64,000 bases of DNA from Mobula hypostoma (GCF_963921235.1 NC_086097.1:31064001-31128000), one strand, 5' to 3'; counted from the first letter of the stretch, positions 39,936 through 53,172 are shown. Notes: generated from the sequence alone by a model not told the origin. Numbers and translations: made by a program.

Positions 39936-40625
39936 AGCATGGTAGTGTAGCAGTAAAACCACACTTTACAGCGCCAGGGTTCAGCAATTCCCACCACTGT
40001 CTGTATGACGTTTTTTACCATCTCCCCTTGACCGTGTGGGGTTCCTTCAGGTGCTCTGGTTTACATAGAACATAGAACACTACAGCACAGTACAGTTGCT
40101 TTGGCTCACGATGTTGAGCTGACATTTTGACCTTCTCCAGTCTAACCCTTCCCTCCCACATCCCAGCATTTTCTTTCATCCATGCTGTGCTTCTACCACC
40201 ACCCCGGCAGCACATACCACTGACACACTCACGACTCTCTGTTTAAAAAACACCTACCTCTGACATTCCCCCTATACTTTCCTCCAGTCACTTTTAAATT
40301 TTGCCTTCAAGAATTAGCCATTTCAGCCCTGGGAAAAAGTCTCTGGCTGCTCACTCTTCTATGCCACTTATTATCTTGTATACTTCTCTCAAGTCATCTC
40401 TCATCCTCCGTGTCTCCAAAGAGAAAATCCCTAACTCACTCACCCTATCCCCCCATATCCAAAGACATATGGGCTAGGGTTATAAGTCATGGGCATGCTA
40501 CGTTGGTGCCAGAAGCATGGCGGTACTTGTAGGCTGCCTCCAGCACATCTTCAGACTGTGTTGGTCATGATGCATTTCACTATATGTTTCGATGTTTCAA
40601 TGTACTTGTGACAAATAAAGCTTTC
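39936..40625 (+). mobile_element. V-SINE interrupted by an antisense CR1 3' end (about 40064-40450)
   Basis: SINE breaks at gtgctctggttt and resumes at catatccaaagac; insert starts catagaacatagaac. Confidence 0.7.
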
Positions 40626-43129
40626 TTTAAACTCGACCTTGCCAGATTATGTACTAACCAAACCACACTGTGAGAGATGACAGAATGGATGCACATGATT
40701 TCGGATTTGTGGCTTTTCGATGAAATAAGGTGCAAGCAGCACCGAGAGTGTTGCTTTGACATCAGCACAGATGACGTAAGTAACCCAGTGACGTGTATCA
40801 TTATAACTGCATGCATTATTTGAATTCCTCCTCAATGTCAGCAGTCGGCTGCCTCCAACAACACCAATCAGTGAGTTAAACCTACTTACACTAACAGATG
40901 TGTATGACAAGTACAAGATAGTGACAACCATAATCTTCCCTATTGTTTCAAATTTTGAAAAGAGGTCACAACACATGGATTCAAAACCAGAGGGAGTGGA
41001 TTAGATTGAATGGTTGACACCACACTGTGGGCTGAAGGGTCTGCTGAATTGTCATTACAGGAATGGAAATAAGTACACATTTTGCTGCAGCACCTTCACC
41101 TTGTCAACGAAAAGTAAACGATCACTCCAATTGCAGAGGGTAACCAATTAGGTTCAATTCCTCTGTCGAACCATGTCATTCCCACTGTCCGCCCACACAA
41201 CCCTGGCCGCCTCCAGCCACCAACATTAAATAAGCCGTTCCCATTCAGAGCGCACAAATAAAACCCGGCTGTCTTGCTGATTGGGAATCCTTTTCAGAGA
41301 CGCTTGGAACAAAAAGGCAGACACATTTCAGTAAGGGAATTATACAATCCAACTGGACCACCACAGTATTTACTCTTCAGCCCTCTCCTTGTATTTACTG
41401 GTCTTGATTGTTGAGCTAGTTTCTGTCTTAATCAACAACCCCAAAAAAGCATAATTAACCTTCATAAAAAAAACTCCTCCTGCTAATTATTGTCTTGAAC
41501 TAAGACCCTTCAACCACTGGAGACAACTTAAACTTGGACTGACTTACTATAAGGGGTTTAAGTATTACATCTGGGGAGCCTATAACCTGATGGCATAAAC
41601 ATCTTTTTCTCCAACTTCTGGTAAGTTCTCCCCACCCCATTCTCTTTTTCTATTCCCCATTCTGGCTCCCTTCTTACCTCTGTCCAACACCTCCCTCTGG
41701 ATCCCCTCCTACTTCCCTTTCTCCCATGGTCCACTGTCCTCTCCTATCAGATTCCTTCTCCTTCACTCCCTTACCTTTTCCATCCATCCCTTCCCAGCTT
41801 CTTACTTCATTCCCCCCACCTTCCCCCTCATCCAGTCTCACCAATCAACTGCTGGCTTGTACTCCCCCCAACTACTTATTTAGGATTCTGATCCCCCTCC
41901 AGTCCAGTTGAAGGGTCTCGGCTCAAAATGTCAACTGTTTATCTCTCTCCATAGATGCAGGCTGACCTGCTGAGTCACCCCAGCATTTTGGACTTTAGAA
42001 AAGAGATGAGGAGGAACCTCTTTAGCCCAGATGGTGGCGAATCTGTGGAACTCATTGCCAAGAATACCTGTAGAGGCCAAATCATTGGTATATTTAAAGT
42101 GGAGATTGATAGGTTCTTGATTAGTAAGGGCATCAAAGATTACAGGGAGAAGATAGGAAAAATAAATCTGCCATGATGAAACGACAGAGTAGACTCAATG
42201 GGCCAAATAGCCTAATTCTGCTCCAGTGTTTTGTGGTCTTCTGATTGTATGTGTTACTCTGGATTTCTAACAACTGCAGACCCTCATGTTTATGAATATT
42301 CAAGTATTTCTTTGTACGTTACAGTATCGAGCGTTCTTCTGACTCTATTCAATCCTCAGAAAGGTCTCAGTCTCCCTTCCAGCTTGGAATCCAATGGGGC
42401 ACGTTCTCCAACTGAAGTCTTAGGGCTCTGTTTATCATTACTAGCTGTCCATCATGTGGCAGAGTAAAGACCACCACACCTTTCAGTGCGCAGCGAGCGG
42501 ACGGATTGATGCGTTGGCGGTTACCTCTGGTGTCTCTCGCTCTCCACCTCCCACTCACATTCAGACACACAATCAAGTGGAAGAGACAAGAAAGATCCAC
42601 GCACAAAAATGGGTGAGTCAGCCTGAGACTAATTACTGGAGAGGTGAATTGAGGTTGACAGTGTGGGAGGCTATCAAGCATGCTTGGAATCACTCAATAA
42701 TTCCAAAAATAACTTGTATCAGTGGGACCACTTTAACACATCAAATTAATTTGTACATTACCAAGGCCCCATCATCGGTGCAATCAATGGTTGAATAGTG
42801 AAGTAGTGCAAAAAACAGGAAAATTTCTTCAATGGTGTGGCAGTGAGTGCCCATAATGGACCTGGATGAGTTTATAACCCTCTGCAGCTTTTACCGATCC
42901 TGTGCTGTGACTGCTCCATACCAGATGGTAATGCAATCTGGTAGAATTCTCTACAATGGAACTCTGCAGAAATTTGTTACAGCCTTTGGTGACATACAAA
43001 ATCTCCTCAAACTCCTAGTGAAATAGAACGGCTGTTGTGCCTACTTTGTATTGAGTGGTAACCAACTGGGAACATGGGGTGCTGTGACCCAACCACAAAG
43101 ATCTATTTCCATCTTGCATTCAGTCTTTT

Positions 43130-43675
43130 TCCCCCAGAGTTGGACAACTATGAACTAGAAGGCACAGGTTTAAGCTGAGAGGGGAGGTATGCAATAGGAA
43201 CTTCAGGGGCAACAGTATTACACAAATAGTGGTACTGAATGTGGAACAAGCTGGGAATGAAAAGGTTATCATATGAGGAACGTTTGATGACCCTGGGTCT
43301 GTACTCGCTGGAACTTAGAAGGATGGGGGGGGGTCTCATTGGAGCCTTTCAAATGTTGAAAGACAGACAGAGGAGATGTGGAAAGGATGTTTCCCATGGT
43401 GAGGGAGTTTAGGACGAGAGGGCACGGGCAGAGAAATTTCTTTAGCCAGAGGATGGTGAATTTGTGGAATTTGTTACCATAGGCAGCTGTGGGGGCCAGA
43501 TCGTTGGGCGTATTTAAGGCAGAGACTGATACACTCTTGATTGGACACGGCATCAAAGGTTTTGGGGAGAAGGCCGGGGAATGGGGTTGAGAAGGGGATG
43601 AAAAGGATCAGCCATAATTGAATGGCGCAGCAAACGATGGGCCAAATGGCCTAATTCTGTTCCTATGTCTTATGA
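43130..43675 (+). mobile_element. CR1 LINE 3' fragments
   Basis: atatgaggaacgtttgatgaccctgggtctgtactcgctgg...ggcctaattctg tail. Confidence 0.8.
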
Positions 43676-44739
43676 TCTAAAGCATGGCTCGAAACTGTAT
43701 CAGAGCTTGAAGCTGGGGCTGAGGCAGCCTGTTGAATGCAGTCCGGCCTGTTTCTCTTTATCCACTGACGGGGTTGGATCGTTTGTACACTGAGGTACTT
43801 CACCAGACCAACTGCCCTCAGCACAAAGGGATCTCTTGTTCTCAAGTCACAGTTGTTTAACCTCAAATGAAAGACTTTCTGCTGTTTTAATTGCAACTTT
43901 AATTGCATCCTATTAAAATAATAACCACACAAGGCAAAAATCAAATCAAAATGAGTTCCAGACCAGAGTTTGAAAATTTAGCCAGGATCATCCAGAAGAC
44001 TCCCAGCCCAGACTTCCAGCTGAAGCATATTGAGGGGGTAATTCAGATTCTGATCCAGAATTATATTTGTCACATGTATATCAAAACTTCTAGTGAAATG
44101 TGATGTTTGCATTAACAAACAACACAACCTAGCGATGCCTGCAAGTGTCACCACACATTCTGGTGCCAACGTAGCATACCCGCCATATTCAAAAGAACAA
44201 CAGCAAAACAAGACTCTTCTCTCCCTCTCATCCACACACCCACTCACTCACACACACAGCCAGTACTCCAACCCCAGGACAAGCTGTCTCTGGGCCACCA
44301 ACCTCCAGTCCCCGGCTCAGACTCGGAGACAAAGGCATACCAACTTCTGAACACACTGACCTATTTATTTATCACATGTACATTGAAACATACAGTGAAC
44401 TGTGTTGTTTGCATTGACAACCAAAACAACCTAAGTATGTGCTGGGGCGTCCCACACACGTCGCCATACATTCCTGTGCCAATGTCCACAATGTTGACAT
44501 CAGCATTCCTGGAGCAGAGGGGAGGTACAGTCTGTAGTCCTTATGATAACCCACTGCAAAGTGGTTTTACTAATTTTAGTCAGATGCAATGTCAAATTGT
44601 GTCACACTTCACCAGGATCGGGTGGGATGCGCAGTGGTGTAAACTGATAATCAAGCTCCACCGACGGTTCAGTAATGATGGAGCAGTGCACTTTTGTACG
44701 GGGCAGCGACAGGGTAAAAGATCCTTGTGTACTAGTGCT

Positions 44740-44920
44740 CCCAGTACCCTCTTTACCCTTCACAAAATATCACTGAAAGGAGATTACCTGGCCACCTTCA
44801 TCACAAAGTGACTGCTTGTTTTTCTACATTACAACAGAAGCTACCCTTAAAGACACTTCAGTGATATAAAAGCACTCTGTGATGTTGAGATTATGAAGAG
44901 TACTGTAGAAACGGCAGCCC
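44740..44920 (+). mobile_element. Ancient Deu-SINE-like relic
   Basis: atcactgaaaggagattacctggcc...tttctacattacaacag...aaagcactctgtgatgttgag resembles the recalled SacSINE1/AmnSINE1 3' half. Confidence 0.45.
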
Positions 44921-45976
44921 TACCTTCTATGCACCGATGTTGGTGGTTCTGAATGATTCATTTAGTCCTCTGCCCCAGTCACCAACATCAGTAGTACAAC
45001 CCAGGGTATTAAGGGCAGGTTAGGAAGCACAGACTCTGCTGAGGAATTCATACTTCCTTTGGGCTTTGCTTTTATGTGTGTCGACTGGATGATGGGCTAT
45101 CTTTACACAGGGAAATCAGAATCAGGTATATTATCACTGACACGTGTCGGGAAATCTTTAAACTATGTTGTTTGCTGGGTTGAGTGGTGCTGCATCAACA
45201 GCTTTGCACTCAATTAGGGACATTTAAGAAACTCTTAGACAGGCACATGGAAGGATAGGAAAATGGAGGGCTATGCGGGAGGGAAGGGTTAAAAGATCAC
45301 CTCAAAACCATGGGCTGAAGGGCCTTTACTGTGCTGTACTGTTCTATGTTCTAATATCAGTAAGACCAAGAACTGCTTGTGGACTTCAGGAAGGGGAAGC
45401 TGGGAGAACACACAACAGTTCTCAAATCGGTCGGCACAGAAAGACAAGCAGCCAAAGTTCCCGGGCATCAACATCAATCCTGGGCTACCGATGCAATCAT
45501 GAAGAAGGCACACCAGCAGCAATACTTCTAAAGACCATACCTAAAGTGTTACAACATCAAAATACTCCACGGTAGGATATCAGATTGATCTGCATTCTAC
45601 TTTAATGTTTTCAAATGTTACAGCTTCCGACCTTCCTCTCAGAAGATTCTGAATATGCTTTTCATCTGCTATTCAAAGTGAAACCAATCAATAACTTATT
45701 ACACACACCACCAAGCAGCGTACTGAAGCTTACATTCCTGTGTCTCCCTGGTTTGTGATATGATTCAGTTTACACTCTGTGCTTATGTCTAGTGTCTGGA
45801 TACTCCAGCAGAAGACAATTATATGAGTGGATGTGGATGGCTGTTAATTACCTTCCTATAGAAGATAAACACTCACAAAATGCTGGAGAAACTCAGCAGG
45901 TCAGGCAGCATCGATGGAAACGAATATTCATTTTGATAGATTCTGCCTGACCTGCTGAGTTCCTCCAGCCTTTTCG

Positions 45977-46874
45977 CAACACACACAAAATGCTGGAGGA
46001 ACTCAGCAGGCCAGGCAGCATCTACGGAAAAGAATACAGTCGACGCTTTGGGCTGAGACCCTTCATCAGGACTGGAGAAAAAAAGATGAGGAGTCAGAGT
46101 AAGAAGGTGGGGGAGGGGAGGAAGAAACACAAGGTGAGAGGTCAAACCAGGAGTGGGGAAGCGGGTGAAGTAAAGAGCTGGGAAGTTGATAGGTGAAAGA
46201 GATACAGGGCTAGAGAAGGGGAAATCTGATAGCAGAGGACAGAAGGCCATGGAGGGAAGAAAAGGGGGAGCAGCACCAGAGGGAGGTGATGGGCAGATAA
46301 GGAGATAAGATGAGAGAGGGAAATGGGAATGGGGAATGGTGTAGAGGGGTGGGCAATACCTGAAGTTTGAAAAATCAGTGTTCATGCCATCAGGTTGGGT
46401 GCTGTCCAGATGGAATATAAGGTGTTGTTCCTCCAACTTGAGTGTGGCCTCATAGCAATAGTAGAGGAGGCCATGGACTGATGTATCAGAATGGGAATGG
46501 GAAGAGGAATTAAAATGGGAGGCCTCTGGGAAATCTTGCTTGTTCTGGTGGACGGAGTTTAGGTGCTTGGCAAAGCGGTCTCTCAATCTACATCCAGTCT
46601 CACCGATAAATAGGAGGCCGCATATGGAGCATCAGACACAGTATATGACCCTAACAGACTCACAGCTGATGTGTCGCCTCACCTGGAAGGACTGTTTGGG
46701 CCCTGGATGGTACTGAGGGAGGAGGTGTAGGGGCAGGTGTGGTACTTGTTCCGGTTGCAAGGATAAGTGCCAGGAGGGAGATCAATGGGGAAGGACGAAT
46801 GATCAAAGGAGTTGTGTAGGGAACAATCCCTGTGGAAAGCAAGAACTGGGGAAGTGGGGGGGGGGAGAGGGAAA
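45977..46874 (-). mobile_element. Penelope-like element: GIY-YIG endonuclease region plus pLTR
   Basis: GTYPCNRNK..TCPYTSS...IYC..CS.CGLLFIGETG.RLRDRFAKHL...SHFNS.SHS...LEEQHLIF.L...QPDGMN. Confidence 0.9.
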
Positions 46875-47540
46875 GAGCACCCACGCTCCATCCGCCAGAG
46901 AAAACGGAATCCCCCAGAGGCCACCCATTTTAATTCCACTTCCCATTCCCATTCCGACACGTCAGTCCATGGCCTCCTCTACAGTCACAATGAGGCCACT
47001 CTCAAGTTGGAAGAGCAACTTCTTATATTCTGTCTGGGTAGCCCCCAACCTATTGGCATGAACATCGATTTCTCGAACTTCTGGTAATGTCCCTGCATCC
47101 TTCACCATTCCCTATTCCCATTTCCCTCTCTTACCGTATCTTCTTACTTGCCCATCACTTCCCTCTGGTGCTCCTCCCCCTTTTCTTTCTTCCATGGCCT
47201 TCTGTCCTCTCCTATTAGACTCTCCCTTCTCCAGCCCTGTATTTCTTTCACCAATAAACTTTCCAGCTCTTTACTACACCACTCCCCCTCCCAGTTTCAC
47301 CTATCACCTTGTGTTTCTTTCTCCCTTTTCCCCACCTTCTTACTCTAACTCCTCATCTTTTTTCTCTTCAGTCCTCATGAAGGGTCTCAGACCAAAATGT
47401 CAACTGTACTCTTTTCCATAGTTGCTGCCTGGCCTGCTGAGTTGCTCCAGCATTTTGTATGTTTGCTTGGATTTTCAGCACCTGCAGATTTTCTCTTGTT
47501 TGTTATTTTCCTTCAGCATTTTGTGTGTTTTGCCTTGGAT
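46875..47540 (+). mobile_element. Inverted second Penelope copy (GIY-YIG C-terminus plus pLTR)
   Basis: EHPRSIRQ...ATHFNSTSHSHSDTSVHGLLY...LKLEEQLLIFCLGSPQPIGMNIDFSNF (ORF 46812..47087). Confidence 0.9.
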
Positions 47541-47875
47541 TATGAGATGATGAGAGGCATTGATCATGATGATAGTCAGAGGCTTTTTCCCAGGGATGAA
47601 ATGGCTAGCAGGAGAGGGGACAGTTTTGAGGTGCTTGGAAGTAGGTACAGAGGAGATGTCGGGGTAAGTTTTTTACGCAGAGAGCAGTGAGTGCGTGGAA
47701 TGGGCTGCCGGCAATGGTGGTGGAGTCGGATATAATAGGGTCTTTTAAGAGACACCTGGACAGGTAAATGGAGCTTAGAAAAATAGAGGGCTATGGGTAA
47801 CCCTAGGTAATTTCTAAGGTAAGGACACGTTCCGCACACCTTTGTGGGCCGAAGGGCCTGTATTGCGCTGTAGGC

Positions 47876-49083
47876 CAGCGGTCCCCAACCACCGGGCCGC
47901 AAGGCATGCGCTACCGGGCCGCGAGGAAACAATATGATTTGGCGATATGAATCAGCTGCATCGTTCCTCATTCCTTGTCACAGCCACTGTTGAGCTTGAA
48001 CGCAAGCAAGGTCATTACCCGTGCATCATCCATGTCAGCGCGGGAAGGAGATCAACTCCTCGAGCTTGCAAATGACGGCGGGCTGAAAAGTATGTTTGAC
48101 ATAACATCTCTGCCGGTATTCTGGATCAAAGTCAAGGCTAAATATCCTGAGATAGTCAGGAAAGCACTGAAAACGTTGCTTCCGTTTCCAACATATCTCT
48201 GCAATGAATGCAACGAAAACTAAATTGTGGAATAGGCTGGACATTAAGGAACCCCCTTCAAGTATTGCTGTCTCCCATCACCCTTCGATAAGACCATCTT
48301 GTTGCAGGAAAACAAGTATTTAGCCCAGGGTTCCCACTGATTCAGTGATATTGGTGCGTTGCAATGATTTTATATGTTCATACGAGGAAAATATGTGCTG
48401 TGTGTCTAATATCCAAACGTTACTTAAAATGTTATGATGCTATTATAAGTGACTTATATAACCATATAACAATTACGGCGCGGAAACAAGCCATCTCTGC
48501 CCTTCTAGTCCGTGCCGAACGCTACTCTCACCTCGTCCCACCGACCTGCACTCAGCCCATAACCCTCCATTCCTTTCCTGTCCATATACCTATCCACTTT
48601 AACTTTAAATGATAATACCAAACCTGCCTCTACCACTTCTACTGGAAGTTTGTTCAACACTTACTTCAAGCTCCCCTGTCCTCCCCTGATAATTGTCTTA
48701 TCGCTATATTCATGCGAAGAAAATATGTGCTGTGTGTTTAATATTAAATTCATTAGATAAACCCTTTTAGAAACGAAATTGAATGTATTAGCCACTTATC
48801 ACCTATATTCCGGTCGTGATTAACACCCCCCCCCCAACAGAATTGGCAAAAACGATTTTGAAAAAATTGGCATGTACACACATGCACAAGTTACCCATGC
48901 GCACTGGTGCCCGCGCAAGGCTTCATGGTCATTGTAGTCTTTCCTGGGGTAAACACAACGTATTTGACTGCTACTCTTGTACGTTGGCAACCCTAACCCC
49001 CCCCCACCCCCCGCTCCACCGGTCCGCAAGAATATTGTCAATATGAAACCGGTCCGCAGTGCGAAAAAGGTTGGGGACCCCTG
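47876..49083 (+). mobile_element. Charlie-type hAT non-autonomous element, 1208 bp, 8-bp TSD CTGTAGGC
   Basis: TIRs CAGCGGTCCCCAACC / GGTTGGGGACCCCTG; TSD at 47868-47875 and 49084-49091; hATC dimerisation remnant LLELANDGGLKSMF...FWIKVKAKYPEI..KALKTLLPFPTYLC; inserted in a CR1 tail. Confidence 0.93.
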
Positions 49084-49684
49084 CTGTAGGCTTTCTATGT
49101 TTCGATGTTTCCAGCATCTTCAGATTTTCCTGTGTTTGTGTTCCCACAGAAGTTTGATATCTGTTCAAGGAACGCCTAAGACTATAGGATATAGGAGTAG
49201 AATTATGCAATTTGGCCTATCAAGTCTGCTTCATCATTATTTCATGGCTGATTTACTATTCCTCTCAACCCCATTCTCCTTCTTATCTCCGTAATCCTTA
49301 ATGTCCTCACTTATCAAGAGCCTATCAAGTTCCATGTTAAATATACCCAATGACTTGGCCACCTCAGCTGTGTATGGCAATGACTTCTACAGATTCACCA
49401 TTCTCTGGCTAAAGAAATTCCTCCTCACCTCTGTTCTAAAAGGACGTCCCTGTATTCTGAGGCTGTGCCCTCTGGTCCTACACTTCCCCACTATAGGAAA
49501 CATGCACTCTATGGCCACTCAATATTCAACAGGTTTCAATGAGATCCCCTTACATTCTTCTAACACAAGGACGATGGGGAAAATGTGCAGATTATCTGAG
49601 ATCAAAAAAAAGAAACCTGGAAGTCAGTAGGTCAGTCAGCACCTGTGGATAGAGAGAGTTAATGCTTCAGATCAATGACCTGCT

Positions 49685-50200
49685 TATACTACAAACCAAA
49701 TCATCAAATTTGCAGATGAGACAACTGTGATTGGCCTAATCACAAACAATAACGAACCTGCATATAGAAAGGAGGTGCTGAAATTTTCAGATTGGTGCAG
49801 GAACATCAAGAAGACAAAAGAAATGATAATTGACTTCAGGAAGGCGAAAGGTCCTGAACAAACCTCACTATTCATAAATGGTGAGGTAGTGGAAAGGGTC
49901 TCCAATTCCAAGTTTTTGGCAATGAGCATCACTGAGGAGCTCTCTTGGTCTGTCACTGCAACCTTGATGGCAGGGAAGGCACAACAGTGACTATATTACC
50001 TGAGGTGCTTAAGGAGAGCTAATATGCTCCAAATATTGCTGGCCAATGTTTATTGATGTGCAATAGAGAGCATACTGACATACTGACTGGTACTCTAGCT
50101 GCAGCAAGATAGATTACAAAGCACTCCAACGGGCGATTAGGGCGGTTCAGCACATCATTGGGGCTCAACTACTGGGCAAACTACCAGACAATCTACAACA
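49685..50200 (+). mobile_element. Rex1/Babar-like RT fragment
   Basis: IIKFADETTVIGLITNNNEPAYRKEV...WC...KTKEMIIDFRK. Confidence 0.88.
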
Positions 50201-50204
50201 TGGG

Positions 50205-51070
50205 TTTCAGATGTGGGAATCCTGGGAATCTTCCAGTCTCCCAGTGGCCACACCTGCGCCAGGTGCACCGAGATGCAGCTCCTGAGAGACCGTGTTAGGG
50301 ATCTGGAGGTGCGGCTTGATGACCTACAGCTTATTAGGGAAAATGAGCAGGAGATAGATAGGAGATAGGAGCTACAAGGAGTTAGTCACCCTGAGGCTGA
50401 AGGAGTTAGATAAGTGGGTGACTGTCAGGAAAGGGATGGGAAGAGCTCAGATAATAGAGAGCACCCCTGTGGCCATCCCCCTCAGTAATTGTTATCTCAT
50501 TTTGGAATCTGTTGTGGGGGTGTGACCTGACTGGCACTGAGACTGGCTCCGTGGTGCAGAAGGGAGAGAAGATAAGGAATGCGGTAGTCATAGGGGATTC
50601 CATAGAGAGAGGAACAGACAGGAGGTTCTGTCAACTTGATAGAGATACCCGCATGGTGTGTTGCTTCCCAGGCGCCAGGGTAAAGGATGTCTCAGATCGG
50701 GTGCAGAATACTCTGAAGGGAGAGGGTGATCAGTCAGAAGTCTTGGTACATGTTGGTACCAATACCATAGGTAGAAAAAGGGTGGAGGTCCCGAAGAGAG
50801 AATTCAGGGAGTTGGGTAGAAGGCTGAAAAGCAGGACCTCGAGGGTAGTAATCTCGGGATTGCTGCCTGTGCCACGTGCTAATGAGCGCTAGAATAGCAT
50901 GTTCAGGCATAAGAAATAAAATGGATGATCCTGAAATTCACCTACATATTGGCAAGTATGACATTGTGGCCATCTCTGAAATTTGGCTAAAGGATGGCTG
51001 CCATTGGGAATTGAATGAACAAGGATATAAGGTGTATCGGAAAGCTAGGTTAGTAGGCAGAGGGGTTGGT
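50205..51070 (+). mobile_element. CR1 ORF1 (SGNH esterase) joined to ORF2 N-terminal endonuclease fragment
   Basis: AVVIGDSI...VCCFPGARVKDV...LVHVGTN...VVISGLLPVP, then IRNKMD...YDIVAISEIWL...GYKVYRK. Confidence 0.88.
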
Positions 51071-51071
51071 G

Positions 51072-51700
51072 GGGCTACTGCATCCAGTGTCCCCAGTGCA
51101 GCCTCCTCTACATTGCTGAGATCTGATGTAGATTGGGGGAATCAAGCATTTTTGCTCTGTCTGCAAAAGACAGGATATCATAGTGGCCAATCATTTTAAT
51201 TCCACTCCCCATTCCCATTCCAACATGTCTGTCCATGGCCTCTTCTACTACCACAATGAAGCCACTCACAGATTGGTAGAGCAACAACTCATATGACGGC
51301 ACGAATATTAATTCCTCTAACTTCTGGTAATTTCTCCCCTCTCCTCCCTTCTCTCGTCTTTCCATTCCACATTCTGGCTCCTCTCTTACCCTTTCTCTTT
51401 CCCTACCCTCTGGTGCTCCTCTTCCTTCCCATTCTCCCATGGTCCACTGTCTTCTTTTATCAGATTCCTTCTTCAGCCTTTCCTCTCCCAGCTTCGTACT
51501 TTATCCCCACCCACTCGACTGATCTCACCTATCACCTGTCAGATTGCACTCACTCCTTACCCTCCCCTCATTCTGGCTTCTTCCTCCTTTTTTCCAGTCC
51601 CGATGAAGGGTCTCAGCCCAAAACATCAATTGTTCATTCCTCCATATGTCCGACCTGCTGAGTTCCTCCAACATTTTGCGTGTGTTAAATCTCGTGTTAA
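51072..51700 (+). mobile_element. Penelope-like GIY-YIG plus pLTR fragment
   Basis: YCIQCPQCSLLYIAE; cattttaattccactccccattccc; pLTR with ccgatgaagggtctcagcccaaaac. Confidence 0.8.
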
Positions 51701-53172
51701 TGAACCAAGCATTTAATTTCAATGCTGCCATCTCTTCTGAGGGACCCTCAGACAGCAGCTTTTAAACACTCACCATTTACACTGAGCTGGTTAATAGCCT
51801 TACCATTTACAAATTGGTGCAGTTTAAAAGGAGAAGGAACTACAGAGGGTGTGAAGAAATGATTGATTGACCAACCTCGAAAGAAATTCCTCAAAGGCCT
51901 ATTCATCAAAGTCTCTGAATCATTTTGCTTCACCAAGCAATGCTCCAGCCACATTATATTAGACTTCTCTCTGGAGACTTGCAGATTTATTGTGAGGGGA
52001 AGACATTAAAGCATAGGTTACAACTAAATTATCTTTCACCAATATTCCTTCACACTGTTTTCCCTCATTTGGCTTCTCATTAAACATTCTAGCCTCACAG
52101 CCCTCTTCCTTATTTCGGTTTTCTGATTTCAAATTGAAGAGTTGATTCAGCTGTCATACCAGGTTTCTTTTCTTTCCCCAGAAATTAAGGAGCTGGTCCA
52201 TCTGTGGCTATTACACGCTCACCTCTTAACCCAACACACTTAGCCTTAGTGATGTACTATAGTTCTTGTCTCCCAAGAGCTTTGAATTTTTAAATTATCT
52301 CCTTTATCATTGCCTGGCCCCGTTACCCCTCCCCTTCCCTCTTGATCCGATCACATCTCCTTTCCTTTACTCTATGACCCATTGTCCTCTCCTATCAAAT
52401 GCCATTTTCTTCAGCCCTTCTGTCACTTCCATGCATCACCTCCCAGCCTCTTACATTATTCCCAATCTCCCCCACCCTCAGCTGCCTAACACTCCCCACC
52501 CCAACCCGGAACCATCCAGCACTCACCAGCCCTCATTCCACTCCTTCTACCAATCTCTTTCTACTTGCTATCCCATCTATCTTTTTAGTCCCAATGAAGT
52601 ATCTCAACCCAAAACTTCAACTATCCAGCGGAACACACACAAAATTGCTGGAGGTTTTAATAAACAGTCAGCACTTTGGGCTGAGACACTTTATCATCCT
52701 CGAATCATTGACTGTTTATTCCCCTCCACAGATGCTGCCTGACTTGCTGAATTTTCTTCAGCATTTTGTGTGTGTTGCTCAAAATTTGCTCCATCTGCAG
52801 AATCTCTTGTGTTAAACATTTGCTATCTATTTCCCTCATAGACATTGCCTGACCCATTGAATTCCTCCAGCATTTTGTGAGTTGTTCCAGATTTCCAGCA
52901 TCTGGAATTTTATATCTCATTAAATAGTTAAATCCCTCTCTTAGCAGCCCACTCCAGCCTCCTTTTAGTTTAGTCATCAACAATGCCAAGAACACCTTCT
53001 CTGAACCTCTCTCTTACTATTTAACATGGATCATTGAACACTACAACACAGTATAGGCCTTTCGACCCACGATGTCGTGCCAACCTTTTAACCTACTCTA
53101 AGATCAATCTAACTCTCCCCCCCCCACATCGCCCTGCATTTTTTTATAATCCACATGACTGTCCCTAATGTA

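Noticed and set aside
42367..42693. Minus-strand ORF containing a good donor (AGAG|GTaacc) as the missing upstream BRF1 exon
   Set aside because: Translation shows no BRF1 similarity
45873..46586. Longest ORF in the track (237 aa)
   Set aside because: Only the first ~75 aa are Penelope GIY-YIG C-terminus; the rest is read-through into the pyrimidine-rich pLTR. Not a host gene.
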